A program made the translations under genes and the position numbers. A stretch of 12,397 nucleotides of DNA from an uncultured Planctomycetia bacterium (GTDB taxonomy: Bacteria; Planctomycetota; UBA8108), in contig CAYMLL010000072.1 of assembly GCA_964390645.1 (NCBI GenBank), positions 14,121 to 26,517 of the forward strand, read 5' to 3'. This document shows, in pieces, positions 6,775 through 12,397 of this stretch (position 1 is the first letter of the stretch; each line of letters begins with the position of its first letter). The notes below the pieces were generated by a model. That model was not told where the DNA came from. It did not search any database and was given only the letters and a program-made list of their open reading frames with translations.

Positions 6775-7473
6775 ATGAAGCTCGTACTGACGAACGACGA
6801 CGGCATCGACGCTCCCGGCATCGATGCGCTGCGACGGGCGTGCGAAGGACTCGGCGAGACGGTGACGGTGGCGCCGAACGATCCGCTCTCGGGTGTCAGT
6901 CATCGCGTGACAACACACTTCCCGATCCCGGTGCGGGTGGAAGACGACGGCCGTCACCGCGTCTGCGGAACTCCAGCGGACTGCACGCGCCTCGCACTCG
7001 CCGAGATCGTCCCCGACGCGGACTGGGTCCTGGCGGGTATCAATCAGGGCGCCAACCTCGGCACCGACGCCTACCTGTCCGGCACCATCGCGGCGGTTCG
7101 TGAAGCGGCCCTTCTCGGCAAGCCTGCGATCGCCGTCTCGCAGTACATCGGCCTGGGCCGCAAGCCGGACTGGACCCTCGCCACGCGGCGTGCGGCGCGG
7201 GTCATCCGCGAGATCATCGCCTCACCGGTGGATCGCGCGCACTACTGGAGCATCAACCTGCCCGACACGGGAGCGAGCGACGCCGACCCGGAAGTCGTCC
7301 GCTGCGATCTCGACTCCTCGCCCATGGCGGTGCGCTTCGAAAGCACCGAGGAGGGCTACGTCTGGGCGGGCGACTACCACGGACGCCCCCGGATTCCGGG
7401 CCGAGATGTGGACGTCTGCTTCGGCGGCCGCATCGCGGTGACACGAATTCCGCTGGACCTGGCAGCGGGTTAG
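6775..7473 (+). CDS. surE: 5'/3'-nucleotidase SurE (stationary-phase survival protein).
   Basis: The N-terminus MKLVLTNDDGIDAPGI is the hallmark SurE DDG motif. GINQGANLG and SGT are also present. Length 232 aa. AGGAGA RBS at 6765-6770. Stop TAG at 7471-7473. Confidence 0.9.
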   Translation: MKLVLTNDDGIDAPGIDALRRACEGLGETVTVAPNDPLSGVSHRVTTHFPIPVRVEDDGRHRVCGTPADCTRLALAEIVPDADWVLAGINQGANLGTDAYLSGTIAAVREAALLGKPAIAVSQYIGLGRKPDWTLATRRAARVIREIIASPVDRAHYWSINLPDTGASDADPEVVRCDLDSSPMAVRFESTEEGYVWAGDYHGRPRIPGRDVDVCFGGRIAVTRIPLDLAAG

Positions 7474-7717
7474 CGCGGCGGGCTGAATCGGCGGGTCAGC
7501 CTCGAATCTCGCCATTTTCCGGGACATGGCGGGGGCGGCCGGCGCGTGGACCATCGCACCGGCCCCGGGCGTCTCGACACGTCCGGTCTTCGCCGGCGGT
7601 GGCGAGAGTGCTGCCGACCCTTCGAGGACAGCACAGTTCCCGGAGTCCGGTGCCCGCCCCCGCCTCCGTCCGCGAACCCCCAATCGGAACGCGAACGGAA
7701 ACGGGACAGGTCCCCGA

Positions 7718-9427
7718 TCAGCTGCTCTTCTTCGGCGGCCTCGGCGACTTCGGTGGCGCTCCCACACCACCTCCGTCATCCGGCTCCGGCGCCCTGGCGA
7801 TCACCGGACTCGCCGCCGCATCGACGGCCCGAGCAGCCCCGTCAGCACCCTGCTGCTCCGCCAGCTTGCCGAAGAACTTCGGCATCTCGACGCCGCCGAG
7901 GTTCTTCATGATGTCGAGCAGCGGCGGCAGCGAGTTGCCGAGGCTGCGCAGGAACGAGGACGTCGAGCTCTGCCCCTTGTCTCCCCCGCCGCCGTCCCAG
8001 ACGGTGATCTTGTCGAACTTGATGTTCGACAGCGCCTTCGCCGAGGTGTCGGCAAGGTGATCAAAGTGCTCCAGCATCAGCATCTGGAAAGCCGCCTGCA
8101 CGTCGCCACAGCCGGCAACGATCTCCTTCAGACCTTCTGCCTTGCGCGACAGGACCTCGTACTGTCCGCGCGCCTCGGCCTCGAGCTTCGCGTACATCGC
8201 GTGTGCCTCGCCGTCAGCCACGATGCGCGTCTGGTTCGCGACACCCTCGGCCTCGATACGCCGCTTCTCGGCCTCGGCCTCGGCGTCGACGATTGTCTGC
8301 GCCTTCTGCGCGCGCGCCGGCGCCTCGAGCTGAGCGCGCTGTTGAGCTTCGATCTTCGCGCCCTGCGCCTCCATGGCCTTCGCCTGGGCCAGGAACTGGC
8401 GCGCCTCGACTTCCGCGGCCGCCTCGCGTTTCTTCGCCTCTCCCACGAGGTAGGCCTCGGCCTCCTTCACCTGCAGCCCGGCGTTCGAGCCGGCGACCTC
8501 CGCCTTCGATTCGTTCTCGCCGACGACCGCCTTGGCGTTTGCGTCGGCGATATTGATACGCATCTGTCGCTCGGCGTTCTTGACCTGCGACTCCTTCTGG
8601 AACCCCGCCGACTCCTCACCGATATCCTGCTCCTTCTGCAGGTCGGCGATCTTTATCGCACGATCGCGCTCGGCCTCGCGCGTGCCGATATCACGGGTCT
8701 TGTTGGCCACCGCGACCTGAACCATCTGCTCACGTTCTGCCTCGGCGACCCCGATGGCGCCCCGCTTCTCCTGCTCGGCGACGTCGATCGCGGCCTGCTG
8801 CACGGCCTCCGATGCGGCCTTACGCCCGATAGCCTCGATGTAGCCGGACTCGTCCGTGATATCGGTGATGTTGACGTTGATCAGCACGAGGCCGATTTTC
8901 TTGAGCTCCGGCTCGAGCGACGACTGGATGCTCTCGAGGAACTTGTCCCGATCCCGGTTGATGTCCTCGATGGGCATCGACGCGATAACCTGACGTAGCT
9001 GTCCGAAGATGATGTCCCCCGCCTGCTGCTGGATCTCCTTGACCGAGAGGCCCAGCAAACGAATCGCCGCATTGTTCATGATCTCGGACGTCGTGCCGAT
9101 GGCGACCGTGAACACACTGGGCACGTTGACGCGGATATTCTCCGACGACAGCGCCCCGGTGAGCGGAATCTCGATCTGCATCGGGTCAAGCGAGAGATAC
9201 GCATAGTTCTGGATCAGCGGCCAGACGAACGAGCCTCCTCCGTGAAGGGACTTCGATGCGCGGCCGGACGCGACCTTTCCATAGACGACGAGAATACGGT
9301 TGGAGGGACATCGCTTGTACTGCTTGGCGAGCGCCATCAGAGCGATGAAAAAGACGACGACGATGGCCACGACGATGGCGATCGTCGTGCCGCCGAACTC
9401 GGCGAGAAATATCGGAAATGCGTGCAT
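7718..9427 (-). CDS. floT: Flotillin-family protein. It has an SPFH/band-7 domain, a long Glu/Ala-rich coiled coil and a basic Pro/Lys tail (FloT/YuaG-like).
   Basis: The N-terminal TM helix (IAIVVAIVVVFFIALMALA) is followed by an SPFH core (ILVVYGK...VWPLIQNYAYLSLDPMQIEIP...). EA-rich repeats follow (AEAEREQMV...EAEAEKRRIEAEG). The C-terminus is APPKSPRPPKKSS. Strong AGGAGG sits 7 nt upstream of the ATG at 9425-9427. Confidence 0.85.
   Translation of the reverse strand: MHAFPIFLAEFGGTTIAIVVAIVVVFFIALMALAKQYKRCPSNRILVVYGKVASGRASKSLHGGGSFVWPLIQNYAYLSLDPMQIEIPLTGALSSENIRVNVPSVFTVAIGTTSEIMNNAAIRLLGLSVKEIQQQAGDIIFGQLRQVIASMPIEDINRDRDKFLESIQSSLEPELKKIGLVLINVNITDITDESGYIEAIGRKAASEAVQQAAIDVAEQEKRGAIGVAEAEREQMVQVAVANKTRDIGTREAERDRAIKIADLQKEQDIGEESAGFQKESQVKNAERQMRINIADANAKAVVGENESKAEVAGSNAGLQVKEAEAYLVGEAKKREAAAEVEARQFLAQAKAMEAQGAKIEAQQRAQLEAPARAQKAQTIVDAEAEAEKRRIEAEGVANQTRIVADGEAHAMYAKLEAEARGQYEVLSRKAEGLKEIVAGCGDVQAAFQMLMLEHFDHLADTSAKALSNIKFDKITVWDGGGGDKGQSSTSSFLRSLGNSLPPLLDIMKNLGGVEMPKFFGKLAEQQGADGAARAVDAAASPVIARAPEPDDGGGVGAPPKSPRPPKKSS
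8246..8285. repeat. Simple CTCGGC/GGCCTC hexamer repeats inside floT, encoding the EAEAEA coiled-coil heptads.
   Basis: CTCGGCCTCG ... GGCCTCGGCCTCGGC read in the sequence. Confidence 0.3.
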
Positions 9428-9452
9428 CGGCTATCCTCCTTCCGTCCCCTGA

Positions 9453-10055
9453 CTATACGCTCTCGGCTCGGACGACCTGAACGGTCTCCTTCCCGATGAA
9501 CGCGATGATCTTCACCTCGGTTCCGGTGGGAATCTCCTCTTCCGTCGTGCTCGCCGAGAGCTCGACCGTTCGACCTTGAACCGCAACGGTCACCTTGCCG
9601 TGTCCCGCGCCTTCGCCCGGAACGCGAAGATAGACACGTCCGACCGTGCCCACGGCCTTGCGAACGTCCACGTTGCCGTGCGACTGCAGGCGATACAACA
9701 TCGACCACAGATACGCGACGATGAAGACGGCGATGAGTCCACACCCGATCGCCATCGCGAGCCCCGGAACAAACGTCAGCTCGACGTCATCTCCAAGCAT
9801 GCCGCCGAGGCCGAAGAACGTGAAGAACGCCGTCAGTGTCTTCGTGGAGATCACCTGGAACGCGTGTGCGGTCTCGGCGCCGCTCGCACCCTCGCCCGAA
9901 TCGACGTCGAAGTCGCCGGCATCGCCGATGTCCCCCGGATCACCGACATCGAAATCGGCCTCGCCCCCTCCTCCGAAACCGATGATCAGGAGCAAGAGCT
10001 GCAAGCCCAGGAAAGTCCCCCCTGCCACCGCGCAGATCGTGTAGAGCGTCTCCAT
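9453..10055 (-). CDS. nfeD: NfeD-like membrane protein (YuaF/YqiJ type). It is the partner of flotillin and ends 25 nt upstream of floT.
   Basis: TM helices (ETLYTICAVAGGTFLGLQLLLLIIGF; TAFFTFFGLGGMLG; AMAIGCGLIAVFIVAYLW) followed by a C-terminal OB-fold-like beta-rich domain (VGRVYLRVPGEGAGHGKVTVAVQGRTVEL...TEVKIIAF). ATG at 10053-10055 with GGAG 8 nt upstream. The track ORF's upstream GTG start at 10091 adds a non-TM extension. The nfeD-flotillin operon is the known conserved arrangement. Confidence 0.75.
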   Translation of the reverse strand: METLYTICAVAGGTFLGLQLLLLIIGFGGGGEADFDVGDPGDIGDAGDFDVDSGEGASGAETAHAFQVISTKTLTAFFTFFGLGGMLGDDVELTFVPGLAMAIGCGLIAVFIVAYLWSMLYRLQSHGNVDVRKAVGTVGRVYLRVPGEGAGHGKVTVAVQGRTVELSASTTEEEIPTGTEVKIIAFIGKETVQVVRAESV

Positions 10056-10212
10056 CGAAGAACTCCAGTCACTCGGATTCTGGCGAACCACGTCGCGACG
10101 CCCGGGTCACGGGGCGCCGCAGCACCCACGCGGGGCTGCAAAACCACCTCGGCGCCGAACGCGCTATCTCGACCGGTGCAACTGCCCGGCCCGTCCTCTT
10201 CGAAGTCGTCGG

Positions 10213-11523
10213 CTAGCTGAGATCATTCCACGCTTTGTGAAGAGAGTCGAAGACCTCCTCGATCTGCGTCTCCTCGAGACAGGAAAACGCCACCCGCACA
10301 TCGGTGGAGCCGCTGGAGATGACCCCCCCCTGATACTTCTCGAGCAGATGGACCCGGAGAGCCTCCGCGTCGACCCCACCCTTGAGCTTCACACACATGA
10401 AGTAGCCCGAGTTGAAGGGGTAGACATCCCAGGCCTCGGCATACTGAGGACGACGCGCGATCTCGTTCGTACGCTTCGCGCGCGCGCAAAGAATCTCTCG
10501 CTTCTCCTTGCGCTCAACGGCCGTGCTCTCCGCCTCGAGCAGCCGTGCCACCGCGGACTGTGTCGGATTGGGCGAGTTCGAGATGCCACCGCGAATCGAG
10601 CCCATCACCTTCTTCTCGAGCGCGGCATGCACCGCGCCGAGGTCGCCTCCTCCCCCGGCGCCAAAGGACAGGAAGCCGACGCGAAACCCCCAGGAGAAGA
10701 CCTCCTTCGTGGCACCGTCGAGCTTCATGGCCAGCACGTTCTCGTGACTGCCGGCCAGATACCCGAAGATGGACTCCTGCAGGCAATCGTCGTCGTAAAA
10801 GAGACCGAAGTAGGCATCGTCACAGACGATGACCTGCTTCAGACCCTTCTCGGCGGCCGCGACGACGGCCTCGCAGATCCTCTCCGCGTGCTCCGCCGTC
10901 GGGGTATAGCCGGTCGGATTGTTCGGGAAGTTGAGAATGATGACCGCCTTCTCACGCTTACCGGCAACCTCCTCGAGCTTCGCCGCAAAGCCGGCGGAGT
11001 TGAACTCGTCGCCGTCGAAGAGCGGGAAGGTCTCGACCTCGGCACCGAGTCGCACCTTGAAGGTCAGGTTGTAGTTGCCCCAGTAATGCGCGGGCAGAAC
11101 GATGAGGTCACCAGGATCGACGAAGAGCTCGCCGGCGACAGCGAGCCCGTGAGTCAAGGCGCTCGTGACGATCGGCGAGCCGAGGCTCTTTCCCCGCATC
11201 GAGGGATTCTCCTCGAGCTGCTTCTCACGCCACAGCCGGCGAAGATCGGGCCGCCCCGCGGTCGGCGCGTACGGAAAGACCTCCTGGGGCTCCATGTTGA
11301 AGAGCGCACGCACGCTCTTCAGGTGCATCGGAATGCCGTCTTCGGTGGCGATGCCGATCGTCGCGTTGAAACGACTCCCTTTCTTCTTCGCCTCCTGGCT
11401 TTGACTGATGATGCCCCGGGGAAAATACAGCCGCTTTCCCAGGTCCGACAACACGTCGAGAACCGATGGGGCCTCGACTTGCAACGTGTCGTTGAGCTCT
11501 CGAGCGAGTGGAGGAACTGTCAT
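10213..11523 (-). CDS. Class I/II (fold-type I) PLP-dependent aminotransferase. It is aspartate/alanine/LL-DAP-aminotransferase-like, and substrate cannot be assigned from sequence alone.
   Basis: NFPNNPTGYTPT motif. Candidate PLP-lysine region ATKEVFSWGFRVGF (K-x7-G-x-R-x-G). 436 aa from the ATG at 11521-11523. The track ORF start at 11637 adds an Arg-rich extension. Confidence 0.8.
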   Translation of the reverse strand: MTVPPLARELNDTLQVEAPSVLDVLSDLGKRLYFPRGIISQSQEAKKKGSRFNATIGIATEDGIPMHLKSVRALFNMEPQEVFPYAPTAGRPDLRRLWREKQLEENPSMRGKSLGSPIVTSALTHGLAVAGELFVDPGDLIVLPAHYWGNYNLTFKVRLGAEVETFPLFDGDEFNSAGFAAKLEEVAGKREKAVIILNFPNNPTGYTPTAEHAERICEAVVAAAEKGLKQVIVCDDAYFGLFYDDDCLQESIFGYLAGSHENVLAMKLDGATKEVFSWGFRVGFLSFGAGGGGDLGAVHAALEKKVMGSIRGGISNSPNPTQSAVARLLEAESTAVERKEKREILCARAKRTNEIARRPQYAEAWDVYPFNSGYFMCVKLKGGVDAEALRVHLLEKYQGGVISSGSTDVRVAFSCLEETQIEEVFDSLHKAWNDLS

Positions 11524-12154
11524 TCCGGACGAGCCCTGTCTAGCCGGGAACACCGGCAATTGTCGAAGAACAGCTGGAAAAAGGAACGGTCGGACGGACA
11601 GGCGGCGCATTGTACGGGATCCGCCACAGAGCGGCAATCGAGCTGCGGCGAGAATTGACCCTCGGCGTCCACCGGCGGATACTGATACTCCATGCCCTTC
11701 CGAGGTCTATTTCGCCAGCGCCGATACCGTCCGCTGCGACGGGTCCGCGAGGGTAGCAAGAGCCGGGGCTTCCTGGCTCCCGACCGCATCGAGACCAACC
11801 GAGAGAAGAGGCCCGACCTCGAACCGGCGAACGTCCTCGGCGGTCGGTCGTCGACCGATGTGCCGCCCCGCGCGGTCCTCAACCAACCCGAGCCGGTGCA
11901 GACGCCAGACTCTCCGGGCTCATCACTGCGACAGGGACCGTGCCCTTCGTCTGTTCACGAACCCCGACTTCGACGAGCCTGGGGCGTGGCCCGAGGAGGC
12001 GTACCGGCACCGCGTTCACCACGGAGCACTGCGACGACCCCGAGAAGCGCCGCCTGGACGGGCAACACGACGAGGAGCATCCAGCGCCGACGCAAACGTC
12101 CCGAGCTGAATCCAAGGCAGCGTCGATAACGATTCCGACGAGAACAGAGACGAG

Positions 12155-12397
12155 ATGTCGAAGCGCAAGATCGCCCTTGTTTCCGTCAGCCTGATCGCGA
12201 TCGTCGGTGGCGTGGTCGTGTGGGTCAACGACCTCCGGCCTCCCCCGACCGACGAGCCTGCGGCCCTGGACGGCGATCCGCGGACCGCCGGCACGCGAGC
12301 GATGGCGAAGCGACTCGACGCGGTCGCGCACGCCTGGGAAAGCCAGCCCTTCTCCAGCAGCCCGGCGCGCACCTTCCGCGCCCACCCGCCCGGGTGG
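12155..12397 (+). CDS. 5' end of a gene for a membrane-anchored protein (N-terminal signal-anchor). It runs off the window.
   Basis: ATG at 12155-12157 and an open frame with very high GC3 to the window end. The N-terminus is MSKRKIALVSVSLIAIVGGVVVWV (Lys-rich n-region plus a hydrophobic helix). An in-frame stop 15 codons upstream bounds the start. Confidence 0.5.
   Translation, partial: MSKRKIALVSVSLIAIVGGVVVWVNDLRPPPTDEPAALDGDPRTAGTRAMAKRLDAVAHAWESQPFSSSPARTFRAHPPGW

Noticed and set aside
7474-7717. 244-bp GC-rich gap between convergent surE and floT. I looked for intrinsic terminators.
   Set aside because: Only short GC hairpins without U-tracts were found (for example GGCTGA-N9-TCAGCC at ~7483-7503). 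I could not support a specific terminator call from sequence alone.
7526-8998. 490-aa + strand ORF (and the nested 7546..7911, 7599..8060, 8203..8556 ORFs) antisense to flotillin.
   Set aside because: Arg/Leu/Pro-rich low-complexity translation, typical of the antisense frame of a GC-rich gene. The flotillin on the opposite strand has clear domain motifs and an RBS.
10119-10139. GC-rich hairpin GCAGCaCCC-acgc-GGGGCTGC between the aminotransferase and nfeD.
   Set aside because: The A-run follows it on the + strand and the U-run precedes it on the - strand. It is therefore not in terminator orientation for the - strand operon, and there is no evidence of function.
10237-11658. 473-aa + strand ORF overlapping the aminotransferase.
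   Set aside because: Antisense shadow ORF. It has no motifs and an Arg/Leu-rich composition, while the - strand product has the NPTG and PLP-lysine motifs.
11946-12023. Possible frameshifted pseudogene (frame 2 to frame 3) suggested by a short GC3-rich patch.
   Set aside because: Too short (~26 codons) to distinguish from chance. It is reported only as part of the non-coding-region finding.
1-12397. Mobile elements, CRISPR arrays, tRNA/rRNA genes, toxin-antitoxin or defence cassettes.
   Set aside because: No direct-repeat or spacer periodicity, no transposase, integrase or recombinase-like translations, no tRNA-like T-loop/acceptor signatures, and no terminal inverted repeats were found on reading both strands.

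Overview
This is a high-GC bacterial chromosomal segment, estimated by eye at roughly two-thirds G+C. It is densely coded and mostly housekeeping or envelope genes. I see no rRNA, tRNA, CRISPR array, transposase, integrase or phage genes.

In map order:
- a 5'-truncated + strand gene whose C-terminus is a malectin-like carbohydrate-binding domain (1..1146)
- a convergent - strand gene for a Tat/Sec-signal protein with a C-terminal DUF1080 (3-keto-disaccharide-hydrolase-like) domain (1160..3019)
- a short spermidine-synthase-like gene (3110..3796, -)
- a ~450 bp lower-GC intergenic region with palindromes and a stem-loop
- an orphan lysine-rich secreted protein gene (4248..5111, -), divergent from a small orphan ORF (5168/5285..5473, +)
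- RNase D (5486..6661, -), divergent from the 5'/3'-nucleotidase SurE (6775..7473, +)
- a - strand operon of class I/II aminotransferase (10213..11523), NfeD-like membrane protein (9453..10055) and flotillin/SPFH protein (7718..9427)
- a ~630 bp stretch without convincing coding potential (11524..12154)
- the 5' end of a membrane-anchored protein gene (12155..>12397, +)

I do not see a clear novel multi-gene system such as a defence island, biosynthetic cluster or mobile element. The most unexplained items are the Lys-rich secreted protein with its divergent small ORF, the large uncharacterised N-domain of the DUF1080 protein, an acidic Asp/Gly-rich loop inserted in NfeD, and two unusually long non-coding regions with structured elements.

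All calls rest on reading translated motifs and sequence by eye. No database searches were run. The supplied ORF track allows TTG/GTG starts, which it prints as M, so several N-termini were re-derived.
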